A stretch of 64,000 nt of DNA from Octopus bimaculoides (GCF_001194135.2 NC_068993.1:16979548-17043547), one strand, 5' to 3'; shown: positions 12,619 to 24,947, numbered from the stretch's first letter. The notes: generated by a model from the sequence alone, not told the origin. Translations and numbers: made by a program.

Positions 12619-13459
12619 ACACTCGCGTATATATACACGCATACGTGTAAATGTTGTCTTAAATTATGTATACATGCATACATATACGTGTGTGTGTGTG
12701 TGCAATGGTAAATTCATGTATTCGATACTGCGATACTGGAATATTTTGATTTTTTTTAGTGTATACTAGGGCAATATTTATAGAAGCGAGGTATAATCGA
12801 TAGCAATCATGCGGGGTTGTTTATTATTATTATTATTATTATTATACTTTTCGTTTTAGTATCATTCCGATATAAACCATAACTAGTAATCACAGGTAAT
12901 CACTGATACTTTATTTAATTAATTCTGGACAGACGAAAATCAAAGTCTGTGACAGTAATATGTTGGAATAATGTTTTTTGAAGACTTGAAGTAGTCCGAA
13001 TATTCTAAAGTGAGTTTTCTTGAAATTGCGTGTCAGCACACACACATATATTATTCTTTACGCACATACATTTACGACTATGTGTCAGCACATATGTTGA
13101 ATATACACAGATATTATTCTTTATGCACGCGCAACACTTATACAATACACAAACAAAAACGAGCACACGTACACACGCATAAGCGACATTCTTCAATATT
13201 ACACGCATGGTTAACATGCAACAAACATGCATTATATATGCTTATAAAATCGCATTACACGAGCCTACATGCCCGCACAAAAACACTCACACAATCACGA
13301 AGAGAGGGAAAGTGTGAGTGATTGAATGAGTTTTATAGACGTGTGTAAAGTTGTTGGTTTTACTACGGTTGCTCTGTGTTTTTAAATCCATTCATGAAAT
13401 TTGCTGGAGGAATGCCCATAGTTTAACCAATCACCGTCTCTCTACTCACACTCCAATGT

Positions 13460-14060
13460 ATTAGCAACTCGTTCTTTTCCCCATTTACTGCTCTTTTCTG
13501 TTCTTCATTATTTTTTTTCTCTCTCTGTATATTCCCTCTTTCTATAACTCTTCTTAGTTCTCTTTTTTCACTCTTACCGTCTCTACATCTCTCTCTCTGT
13601 CTAGCAATCTGTCTAGCTCTGCCTCTCCTCCCCTTCTCTTTGTTTCCCCTCTCTCAGTAATCTATATTCGCTGTCCTCTTAAATTGTTTACCCCCCTTTC
13701 TCCATCTCACCATTTACTGACCTCTATTTTACCCCCCCCCTCTCTCTCTTTNNNNNNNNNNNNNNNNNNNNNNNNNNNNNNNNNNNNNNNNNNNNNNNNN
13801 NNNNNNNNNNNNNNNNNNNNNNNNNNNNNNNNNNNNNNNNNNNNNNNNNNNNNNNNNNNNNNNNNNNNNNNNNNNNNNNNNNNNNNNNNNNNNNNNNNNN
13901 NNNNNNNNNNNNNNNNNNNNNNNNNNNNNNNNNNNNNNTTTCCCCCCCCCCTCTCTCTCTTTTCTCTCTTTCTCTTTCATATTTCTCTACACGCGTTCCT
14001 CTCTGCCACCGCCACCCTTTCTTCAACTCGTCCTCTCCTATTTCTACCTATCTCATTGTC
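13460..14060 (+). repeat. Long pyrimidine-rich tract (partly gapped)
   Basis: Plus strand strongly C/T-rich on both sides of the gap at 13752-13938. Confidence 0.8.
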
Positions 14061-14506
14061 ATAATAAATTATAAGGGAGGATTTCAAGCCGGTTCCCGGA
14101 CCCCGCATATACTTTACTCACCGACTTGGATTTATTTAATTCTATGGAACTAAGTTTTTAAACTCGCATATATTATTACACACACACACATACGCGCGCA
14201 CACACAATCACACACACACTACAAAATTATGTGTTGTTTCTCTCATGCTGCCTGGCCGCAAGCGGCTGTGTGCTCAGCTTGAACCTGCCTACCATCACCA
14301 CCAACCACATTCACCATACACAAACTCTACTACTATATATTCTCTCTCTCTCTGTCTCTCTCCTTCTCCCCCCCCCCCACCTCTCTTTCTCGTTCGGACA
14401 GATCACTTATAGTCTGTCTGTGTGTGTTTTGAAATAGAAAGAGAGAGAGTGTGTGTGTGTGAGAGAGAGAAAGAGAGATAAAAGAAAATGATTCTTTTGA
14501 TTAAAG

Positions 14507-14569
14507 ATCGGTGTCAGCAAGTCGACTGTGGATGGCAATTTGCGGCAACTTCACTCACAACAACCTGAG
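14507..14569 (+). CDS. Candidate phase 0-0 coding exon IGVSKSTVDGNLRQLHSQQPE
   Basis: Acceptor ttcttttgattaaag|, donor GAG|gtattt, 63 nt; in-frame TGA just upstream of the acceptor. Confidence 0.35.
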
Positions 14570-14817
14570 GTATTTTTTCATTATGCAATTTATTATTATT
14601 ACTATTGTAATTATTGTTTTGCTTTTCTTATTGTTGTTATTTGTTATATATTGTAAATGTACGCCGAGGTACACACCCATACATATGTGTGTGTGTGTGT
14701 CGGATTCACACTTACCGTGTGTGCGCGCGTGTTGATATACATACATACACATGTATGTATGTGTGCGTGAGATAATCAAATCTTTTATATGAATATATAT
14801 TATAAGTATATACACAC

Positions 14818-14871
<54 letters not shown>

Positions 14872-14956
14872 ATATATATGTGTGTGTGTTTGTATATATG
14901 TATGTGTGTGTGTGTGTGTCTATACACTGTGCGTATTATTTAACTCATCTGATGCA

Positions 14957-15738
14957 ACGGGACTATTATGATCAAAGCCGTTCCAACCATGCCGTCCTGT
15001 TTTTGTCTATCATGAACTACATTGTGCAGGTGTCGACTTGCAACAGTTTAAGCCGAACATTAAAGCTATCAATCTCATTTGCCGGGCCCCGGAGTACCTG
15101 CGAAAACTATGGGCACCACTTCTGCTTCCAATCCCAACATGTACATACAAAGAAAAAAGTCTTTGGGGCTGTAGAATGTATGATTTGAGGGAGATTTGGT
15201 TGTTATTTCTAACAGCTCCAACGACCCGTAAAGGTTCCCCAGTCGATATCCGTGCGTGCGTGCGTGCGTGTGTGTAATATGATACAAATGGGTGTGTTGT
15301 CACATTGTGCATGTTATTTAACCCCAGGTCAACTCTGATCGAACAGACCTATAATCAAAGGCTGTGGGCACATTAACCAGTTTGTCCCTTCTTTTCGGGC
15401 TACATTAGCTCGTGGTCCCTTTTTTTTGAGACGGTATAATGCGGTTTGAGGAGTATTCGGTTGTTATTTCTAGTAGGACGAGCGACGACGTAGACGCTCC
15501 CTCGGTGGTTTGTATGTATTATATGGACATTCATCTTGTATGAATTACTGTGCACGTAAATGTAAATGCATGCACTCAGAATGCACTGAAACGCATATTC
15601 GATGTACCTGTGTATATACGTGTGGGTCGTGTGATGTATATGTACATAAATGCATTCACTCTTTACATATGCGCGAAAGTAGTTTTGGTGAATGTGCGTA
15701 TATTGTATGTATGTGTAGTGTATGTGCGTGTTTGTGGC

Positions 15739-15774
<36 letters not shown>

Positions 15775-16175
15775 AATCGATGAGTGTGTATTGTTAATCA
15801 TCTCATCAACCCTAACCGTCCCATTTTACATAGAACAGGGATTACATTACCTTTATGTGCCCTTTTTAAAACGGTAGGGTGTGTCTCGAGTGAAATTTGG
15901 CAGCTATTACTAGTAGGTCGATCGACCGCTTAGCGACTCCTTTGGCTTTTTCAGTGAGATACTGTTATCGTTATTTCGCCCCTGGACAACCACAAGAAAG
16001 CTTATGATCAAAAGCATTCCAGCCGTTACTATCCGGTATCTTTCTAAGGGTTTCTAAAGCTACATGATGTAATTTTATTCCTTATCGTTTTTTAAAGACA
16101 GTAGGGTATGTTTTGTGGGGGAGATTTTGGTGTTATTTCTAGCAGATAGAACGGTCACATAATGGCTCCCTTATT
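14957..16175 (-). mobile_element. Cluster of four same-orientation copies of retroposon family E ((AAC)n-tailed, no tRNA head seen)
   Basis: Shared motifs GATCAAAGGCATTCCAGCC and GATTTGAGGGAGATTTGGCTGCTATTTCTAGCAGGTCG at ~14957-15245, 15315-15508, 15790-15945, 15970-16175; other copies at ~11590, 21935, 22200, 28600, 28870, 39900, 40215, 43000, 43240, 43560, 43960, 51900. Confidence 0.7.
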
Positions 16176-18133
16176 ATTCTTTTTAAGGTGTAGCTATTAC
16201 AGGCCCGTCACAAGGTGTTAGATGGTTAAATTTTTCATGTGGTGTATTAAGTACTGACAATTATATATACATATATATCGTGTGTTAGTGTGTTGGTAAT
16301 ATGTGTGCATGTATATGTCAGTTTGAAATGCATTGTGAATAGGCAGTTTGTATAGGTAGTCCTGTTTCGTGCGTGCTTTCGACTGGTTCCTTGTGGATGT
16401 ATAAATTAACATTTTTCAGGTGTGTGTACATACATACATACACTCACTCATACATTACAGATACATATGCATACCGTTCGACAAGTGTGTTGCTATGTAT
16501 GTATGTGTGTGTGTGTGTGTGTGTGTTATAACTCTTTATCAACATGGTATATAGTGATAATCCTGCTTGAGTCATTTTGCTGTGTATGCATTAATTTGCA
16601 TTTTCTTTGTGATTATTGATATCTAAGATCTCTTAACAATGGGAATTGCTGTGGGTGTGTGAGTGAGTGAGTGTGTGCGCGTGTATCTGTGTTTATTTTT
16701 CGAACCAACATTTTCGTGTCTGTCACTAATTGTGTGTCAACATTTACTGGATTATGAGGACACTGTAGAATGGAGTTAATCTTCAAATCAAACCAACGGA
16801 CTCTGTGACGACTGCACGTTCTTTTCTTTTCTTTTCTTTTCTTCTCTTTAACTAACTTTTTTCCATCAGTAATACCTCTTGAGAAAGGCATCAACGTCTT
16901 CATAGCCCAGGATTAAGCAGAAATCTTGAGCTTATGTAAAGAATTCAAATGTGTCAAATTCTATCGTGAGTAATCTCTTTAACTAGTGAAAGCACTTTAT
17001 TTTTGTGGGGTTTCATGAATGCGTATGGCGTGTGTACCTGTTTGACAAGGTTTTACGTTCAAATCCTCCGAGAAGAGGCTTTATTTATTTATTTATTACT
17101 TTTTTATTTATTCATTTATTTATTACCTTTTATTCTCGGGGATCAATAAAATATATCCCACCGATAAACAACTGTAGTAGGTAGATTTCGTTCGGTTTAT
17201 GCCGCCCCTTACAAAATGTGGCTTTTTTTGTCGAATCAGAATAATCAATCGCATATCGCGCTTAAGTATGCATGGTCTGGGAATTGAATGCATGTGTATG
17301 AGTAATAAGGGTGAGGTGGGTATTCAGGGTGGCATTACGTGGTGAGAGAGAGAGAGAGGTGTTGGAACTGCTGTGCAGCTAAGCAACGAAATGCATGTTC
17401 TATATATGTTTCAGTGTTTAAGCAGGTGTAAGCATTCCTGTGATTTCTACGTATGAGGGAGTCGTGTAGGTATGTATGTATGTTCGTATGTGTGTGTGTG
17501 TGTACGTGCGTACATATATATATATATACATATGTATAATATATATGTGTGAGTGTGTGTGTGTGTATGTATATATATATATATATATATATACACATGT
17601 ACATATATGTACACACATACATGCGCATATGTATATATATATATATATATATATNNNNNNNNNNNNNNNNNNNNNNNNNNNNNNNNNNNNNNNNNNNNNN
17701 NNNNNNNNNNNNNNNNNNNNNNNNNNNNNNNNNNNNNNNNNNNNNNNNNNNNNNNNNNNNNNNNNNNNNNNNNNNNNNNNNNNNNNNNNNNNNNNNNNNN
17801 NNNNNNNNNNNNNNNNNNNNNNNNNNNNNNNNNNNNNNNNNNNNNNNNNNNNNNNNNNNNNNNNNNNNNNNNNNNNNNNNNNNNNNNNNNNNNNNNNNNN
17901 NNNNNNNNNNNNNNNNNNNNNNNNNNNNNNNNNNNNNNNNNNNNNNNNNNNNNNNNNNNNNNNNNNTATATATATATATATACACACAGAGTTTTTGTTT
18001 ATATATTTTTTTAATGAGATATCACGCTGTAGCTATTCAGAGTTTTTTTTGTTTTTTGTTTTCGTTTCCTCTCTTTTCATCGCAACTAAGAGCGAAAACG
18101 CGAAATTCAGAGTAAATAACTGCTTGATATATC

Positions 18134-18164
<31 letters not shown>

Positions 18165-18561
18165 CTATCTACATACATATATGCATGCATGCATGCTGCT
18201 ACTGGCTATCGGTTTCCTTCCCACCTAGGTGAAATATTATGATCAGACAGCACGGTGCTGTGACACTATTGTTATCTAAACATTCATCTGTAACTTAGCC
18301 TCTCTGATAACATCCATCCCTTTTATGCATGACATCACATCGCTCGCGCGCGCACACGTACATATGCACACGGGTGTGTGAAGAACATCCGTTGCTGTGT
18401 AAGCATTTTATTACAACATCTTAACTGTTACGCGTAAAATTCCCTCATATTCCCATTTGAGGCTCCTGAATGGTGTGTGTGGGGGGGGGTGCGTACGTGT
18501 TTTTGTGCGTGTGTGTATGGTGTTCCGGATTTTCGGATTAGGCACATTGCACCCCATGGGA

Positions 18562-18609
<48 letters not shown>

Positions 18610-19505
18610 GTAATGAGTGGGGGAAGGAGAAATGAAAAAGAATTTAAAATATTGAGAATTTTTTTTCTTTTGTTCCAGAAACGTAATTTCTTTGATTTGA
18701 AACAAGAATTTTGATAGATAAAGCTTGGGATGGGGGGATAAGTTCTCCCATAAGGTATGGGATGCCTTCTTCGAGATCCCGTCGGGACGAAGTTATACCT
18801 ACGACCCGGAAACCTGGCTGGCCCAAATGATTCAGTGATTCATAACAGTAGACGGCTTAAATACACACAAAATCTCAGGTGGTAGCATTGAACCAGTAGA
18901 TGATGGGCTAAAACTACCCCCGGAAATTATGACGAGCTCCTCTGACGTGTTTCCTTGGTTCCCACAATCTGCTAAATTTCAGGTACAAAACTTTGGTGAA
19001 CCATAGGCTATGGTAGGGGGGACACAAGCTCAAGGTGCCATGCAGAGGCATCGAACCCGAAACCACATAGTTGTAAAGTGAATTTCTTAACCACAGAGCT
19101 TTATATTCGCGTCTGTTCGTGTTTGGAGAGATCTAAACTTCCTTTCTCTTTGCTTTGTTTTCAGTTAAGCCCAACTGAGCAAACAATATGTACGAGATAA
19201 AAATCCGTAATATATGAAATTTCAGTGAATACATTGTGACAGCTGATAGTTTGTACACGTCACGTCTTCTACCTATTTTATTTCTGCAACGAAGGTAAAT
19301 TTATAACTGTTACTGAAAGACATGAACCAAAAAAGCAAAATCAAAGATCTTGTATTCGCCTACACGATAGTACTAAATTACAATAATGATAATGATTTCT
19401 TTTATTAGCCACATGGGCATAGATGAAGGGGACATTACATGGACCGTCAAGAATTTGTGTGGGGTTTTCATGAGGAGAAAGAAAAGGAATAGACGATGAA
19501 ATGCG

Positions 19506-19544
<39 letters not shown>

Positions 19545-19559
19545 AAATAGTAAATGAGT

Positions 19560-19740
19560 ATATGCATATATACGTACAGGTATGTGCATACCGACATCCA
19601 CCTGTATGTATAGGTGCATATCTGGGTACAGGACATTGCAAACAAAACGTAGACGAGAAAACACACAAGCCACATAGAGAATATTCTTCTTCATCAGCTA
19701 CCCCCGTTTTAACACCGGCGTTTCGAAGAGAGTTTTCGTA
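19560..19740 (-). mobile_element. Probable Penelope-type terminal repeat fragment in (TA)n
   Basis: Minus strand carries TCTTCGAAACGCCGGTGT...CTGATGAAGAAGA, hammerhead-core-like words typical of PLE termini; bounded by (TA)n on both sides. Confidence 0.4.
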
Positions 19741-19860
19741 TATATATANNNNNNNNNNATATATATAATATATATATATATATATATAGTTTAAAAAAAC
19801 AATAACAAAAAACAAAGTGAGGACGTGATATGGATAGTATTATTGGACGCTCAGGAAAGG

Positions 19861-19894
<34 letters not shown>

Positions 19895-19934
19895 TACAAA
19901 TATGTAAAAACGTGAATGAGACACTATCCCTGAT

Positions 19935-20560
19935 ATAAGAGGAACCCCAACTGGGGCCAATCAATGAACCCCACAGATCCAGGGTTATCATGCCCATCAA
20001 AGCACGAGTCCTCGCCCGACTGTTCTCCAATCCATAGGTATCCTAACCACTTTTTCCCGCTGTCACCCATCTTTTCAGAAATTCCCTGGGAGATAACATT
20101 TCCCCCTCTACCTTCATTTTCCTTTTCAAATGGAAATTAAAAATGTCAAGGAGGGCTTAGGTTGCTGTCTCTCCTCTATCCTTTCAGCCTAGTCCACCAC
20201 ACAACCTCTTTCACCATAGCCACTAGACAGAGGAACATCGCCTGCCCTACCTTGTTAAAGGTGGACGGTAAGGCGATCTTCACGTTGGATTCGGCTGGTT
20301 ATCGGATTCGTCCCACACACGTTGACAGCTGTTCGTTATAACTCTCACAAGTCAGCAATGCTCGGACACTGTACGAATGTGTGCAGTTTGGTTTCGACAC
20401 TGCGCGCATCTCGGACAGTTCTGCTTGAGAACGCTTCCGTGCGTGTAGAGTTTATCTTGGACTTTCAGTGCTCCTCAGTAACAGACACTGTCAGGCCAGG
20501 GATTTATGGAAGTACCAGGCCCGAATGTCCTCTGAAACAAACCAGCTAGTTCATCCTCAT
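19935..20560 (-). mobile_element. L1/Tx1-clade LINE 3' fragment (ORF2 cysteine-rich C-terminus plus 3' UTR), decayed
   Basis: With frameshifts: GALKVQDKLYTHGS...NCPRCAQ..ETKLHTFVQCPSIADL*...FLCLVAMVKEVVWWTRLKG...FNFHLKRKMKVE...EFLKRWV; CxxC..ET..H.F..CP...W is the zf-RVT pattern. Confidence 0.75.
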
Positions 20561-21552
20561 CGTCGACTAGAGTTATTCCGAGAACGTCGTTACTATTAGA
20601 CACAAGGTCAGAATTGTATTTATTTATTTGTGTGTGTGTGTAAAGTGGAGGAGAGTATTATCGATTATATCAACCCTAACTTGACCAGTATTTCATTTTA
20701 TCGATGCTAGAATGAGGTTTGAACCCAATATAAAATAAAGAACTAACCACCACATGTCATTATATCCATGCTAATCATAATTCTGCTGCACTAAACGATT
20801 TCTAATTTTGACAAAAGACCAATTGTGGTAAGAAAATGGACACAGTTGATCGATTGGTCAACGGTAAGGTAGCATATATATATATATATATANNNNNNNN
20901 NNNNNNNNNNNNNNNNNNNNNNNNNNNNNNNNNNNNNNNNNNNNNNNNNNNNNNNNNNNNNNNNNNNNNNNNNNNNNNNNNNNNNNNNNNNNNNNNNNNN
21001 NNNNNNNNNNNNNNNNNNNNNNNNNNNNNNNNNNNNNNNNNNNNNNNNNNNNNNNNNNNNNNNNNNNNNNNNNNNNNNNNNNNNNNNNNNNNNNNNNNNN
21101 NNNNNNNNNNNNNNNNNNNNNNNNNNNNNNNNNNNNNNNNNNNNNNNNNNNNNNNNNNNNNNNNNNNNNNNNNNNNNNNNNNNNNNNNNNNNNNNNNNNN
21201 NNNNNNNNNNNNNNNNNNNNNNNNNNNNNNNNNNNNNNNNNNNNNNNNNNNNNNNNNNNNNNNNNNNNNNNNNNNNNNNNNNNNNNNNNNNNNNNNNNNN
21301 NNNNNNNNNNNNNNNNNNNNNNNNNNNNNNNNNNNNNNNNNNNNNNNNNNNNNNNNNNNNNNNNNNNNNNNNNNNNNNNNNNNNNNNNNNNNNNNNNNNN
21401 NNNNNNNNNNNNNNNNNNAATATAAAGCGTAGAACCGCGATTAGAGAAGTTGTCAACCATGATGTTTATCAGTGCCTCCTTCGTCTTCATTTATAAAAAA
21501 AAAAATACCAACTTTCAGAAAATCCAATTTTGTATTATATGTGGTAGGTATA

Positions 21553-21592
<40 letters not shown>

Positions 21593-21716
21593 AGAGAGAG
21601 AGAGAAAGAGAGAGAGGGGGAGAGGGAGTTATTCAATATACATATCAATGAAACAACCTTCCGCATTCATTGAGTGTTATGATGCTTGAAAATACCGTAA
21701 TATTTACTTGCATTAC

Positions 21717-21745
21717 CAGCGGGGCTCGTCTTGGCCTATTCATGG
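21717..21745 (-). CDS. Candidate 29-nt exon ((A)MNRPRRAPL)
   Basis: Acceptor cctttattatag|, donor CTG|gtaatg; phase-compatible with the candidate exon at 24683-24734. Confidence 0.25.
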
Positions 21746-22925
21746 CTATAATAAAGGATCTTATATTTCCCCCATGAGAAATGCATTTCTCACAAATTTA
21801 TTAAAGATGTTCAGTGACTGTCATATGAATCAACCTCGGCGAATATCTAATATTTATTTCATAGACTTTATCTTGTAAGGTATAAAAGACCAAGACGACC
21901 TTGATGGGGTATGGATGGATTTCGAAACGTAAAAGAGGGGAAGTCCTTATGTGGTCGCTCGACCTGCTAGAAACAGCAGCCAAATATTCCTAAGTCACAC
22001 CCTTTAAAAAATGGGATGGTCCAGGCTGATCTGGGTCTAATCAACAATTCGAAGGCATTTGTTCAATCTGTTGGCTGTACCGTTTCTGCTTACCATTTTT
22101 TGTCCTGTTGTTGTTAATGATTTCTTACAAAGCCATTCATTTATTTGTCGTTGCTAAGTCAACGCTAATTGAATAGATTTGTGAACAGAGTTATTCTCGC
22201 CACGACCACCCCATCTTTTAAGAATATGCCAAGGACTACATTATCCAGTGTATCCCGCCTTTAAGATAGCGAACTATTGGCTGCTGTTTTTAGCATATCA
22301 ACAGGCTCTGTTTTACATTTGTTATTACTTAAATGCAAGTCAGCTATGCGCAAAGGTGTTCCAGTTATGACCACCCTGCATGTTATTTAAACTGTGTGTT
22401 CTACATTTTTAATGACACAGTAGAGAGAGATTTGTTTTGTCGCTCAATACAATGTCTGTAACTTAATCTTCATCAGCTTTCTTGGAAAATACTCGAAGAG
22501 AATAACGAAACTAATGTGGATTCATGAATGAAAAGTATTAGTGTTGGGTCTTGTTTCACATTCTGAAAATTTAATCTTCTGTTGTTTTCATTCAGTTTTT
22601 ATTTCGAGGATAGAAACGTAGTTACAAATGCGAGCAAAATATATTTATTCACTCAAGATACAAGCGAAATATATTTACACACTTAAGTTTCTTTATCAGG
22701 TCATCATTTGATTTGAAAACATTCCGGCAAAGTGCGCGATGTTATAACTCACATGACAGAAAGTGAAAGAATTGCTACACTAATTGCTATCATTGCTTTT
22801 TAATATACGCACTTTGTTATTTTTATGCTCGAGTGTTCTGCGATTGAGCTGTTTTATTGACCTCGGATTAAAACAGGATTTTTTTTTTAATTCAGTAGAA
22901 ACCAAACATCGCTCGCTCATATACT

Positions 22926-23139
22926 CTTTTACTTGTTTCAGTCATTTGACTGTGGCCATGCTGGAGCACCGCCTTTTAGTCGAGCTAATCGACCCCAGGA
23001 CTTATTCTTTGTAAGCCTAGTACTTATTCTATCGGTCACTTTGCCGAACCGCTAAGTTACGGGGACGTAAACACACCAGCATCGGTTGTCAAGCGATGTA
23101 GGGGGGGGGGGACAAACACAGACACACAAACATATACGC

Positions 23140-23179
<40 letters not shown>

Positions 23180-23330
23180 GACGGGCTCCTTTCAGCTTCC
23201 GTCTACCAAATCCACTCACAAGGCTTTAGTCAGCCCGAGGCTATAGTAGAAGACACTTGCCCAAAGTGCCACGCAGTGGAACTGAACCCGGAACCATGTG
23301 GTTGGTAAGCAAGCTACTTTATTTCATATA
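22926..23330 (-). mobile_element. SINE family A, full length, CpG-intact
   Basis: Reverse complement closely matches 62572-63030. Confidence 0.85.
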
Positions 23331-23382
23331 GACTCTGGTGCCAAACAGCCATTCCTACGCCTATATATAGATATAATTTATC

Positions 23383-23725
23383 TTTTACTTGTTTCAGTCA
23401 TTGGATTGCAACCATGTTGGTTGTAGTCGAACGTTTCGGCCCCAGTACTTATTCTATCGGTCTCTTATGCCGAATCGCTGGATAACAGGGACGTAAACAA
23501 ACCGGAAATAGTTGTCAAGCAATGGTGGAGGATAAACATAAAGTCTCACACATAGACACACACACACACACGCTGAGTTTCGTTCAGTTTTCGTGTACCA
23601 AATCCACTCACAAGGCTTTGGTCAGTCCGGAGTTACAACAGAAAACACTGGCCTAAAGTGTCGTGCAGTGGGACTGAACCCAGAACCATGTGGTTCGGAA
23701 GCAAACTTCTTAGCTTGCAGCCATG
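23383..23725 (-). mobile_element. SINE family A, second tandem copy
   Basis: Same orientation, directly after the previous copy. Confidence 0.75.
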
Positions 23726-24026
23726 TGTGTGTGTGTGTTAATATCAGTAATAGAGTGGGTATATTTTTTATATACGGTGATATTAACGACTCTTTAGACA
23801 TTTCGCCTGAATCTGAAGTGAATAAATTTTACCAAATGCAATAGTCGGTGCAAGACCAACGGTAACATTATAAGCAGTTATCTGTCATAAACAGAAATAT
23901 AACCGTGCATGTGTGTGTGTATATATATATATATATAATATAATATAAAAGTTAAAATAGGCCGGTTTATGGAATTGCCTTTGGTTTCCCGCCCATAAAG
24001 CGCTTAATATTACGGCGTATCCACGA

Positions 24027-24170
24027 CAGTAATCCCTCGACTAACGCGAGTGTTACGTTCCAACCCTGCCCCTCACGATAGGTGAAAATCCGCGAAGTAG
24101 AAACAGTACTGTACTGTGTATATTTTTTTAATTATTTTTATAATTTGTATATATCTATACTATAATTTTA
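24027..24170. mobile_element. Tigger/pogo-like DNA transposon end
   Basis: CAGTAATCCCTCGACTAACGCGAGTGTTACGTTCC...GATAGGTGAAAATCCGCGAAGTAG resembles Tigger-family termini from memory; no partner TIR found. Confidence 0.5.
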
Positions 24171-24253
24171 TTATAAATGCAAAACAACATCACGGAGGAA
24201 TCGACGTAAGTTTAAATAATAAACCGCTATATGACAAGGGATTACTGTATATA

Positions 24254-24433
24254 GGGAGAGTTCACAAAAAAACAACAGACGAAGACAGGTGGTGTAGAAA
24301 ACAAACAGATGTATTAGTTTAACGCTCGGGAATTGAAAAAGTCTTTAACGTTTCGAGCCTAGGCTCTTCCACAGAAAGGAACACAGAAAGAAACAAAGAG
24401 AGAAAAAAATGTGTGTAGTGGTTAGCGATCTAT
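24254..24433 (-). mobile_element. Penelope-type terminal repeat, copy 1 of an inverted pair
   Basis: Highly similar to the reverse complement of 24948-25141; minus strand has GGAAGAGCCTAGGCTCGAAACGTT. Confidence 0.65.
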
Positions 24434-24434
24434 C

Positions 24435-24487
<53 letters not shown>

Positions 24488-24682
24488 TATGCTCTCGTTG
24501 TGTCAGTTCTCTTTTATGGCTCAGACAGGTCGCTTCCTAAAAATGGCTTTTTAAACGTAAGGTCCGAAATATAGTGGAAAACAAGCAATGCAAAAATTTA
24601 TTTATGGGACATGAGGTAACATAGAACATAATTTGTTTGGTTCTACTTTAGAACAAAAAAATGAGCTAGGATCATTATTTAC

Positions 24683-24734
24683 CTCGGTCAAGCTGTTGGG
24701 GGAAAACTTGCAAACTCTCCTCGCCAGATGTCAT
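24683..24734 (-). CDS. Candidate first coding exon MTSGEESLQVFPQQLDR (phase 1)
   Basis: ATG at 24734, open to donor GAG|gtaaat; lies just downstream of the ETS/CRE cluster on the minus strand. Confidence 0.25.
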
Positions 24735-24779
24735 CACCACTGATTGCGAGGATATGAAAGACGAGGCTTTAGGTGTGGG

Positions 24780-24890
24780 TTAATGCAGGATTGTTAGGCG
24801 AGGAGGGGAGCGTGGAGAGTGTCCTCTTCCGGTCAACTCGCCCTTCCGGTTAGCTCCCCAGTCACTGACGTCATATCACACCGAGTTACA

Positions 24891-24945
<55 letters not shown>
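24780..24945. promoter_or_regulatory. Promoter-like element: two ETS-type sites, a CRE and a (CT)n tract
   Basis: CTTCCGGT at 24826-24833 and 24843-24850, perfect TGACGTCA at 24866-24873, (CT)n ~24893-24941; GC/CpG-rich and non-repetitive. Confidence 0.45.
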
Positions 24946-24947
24946 AT

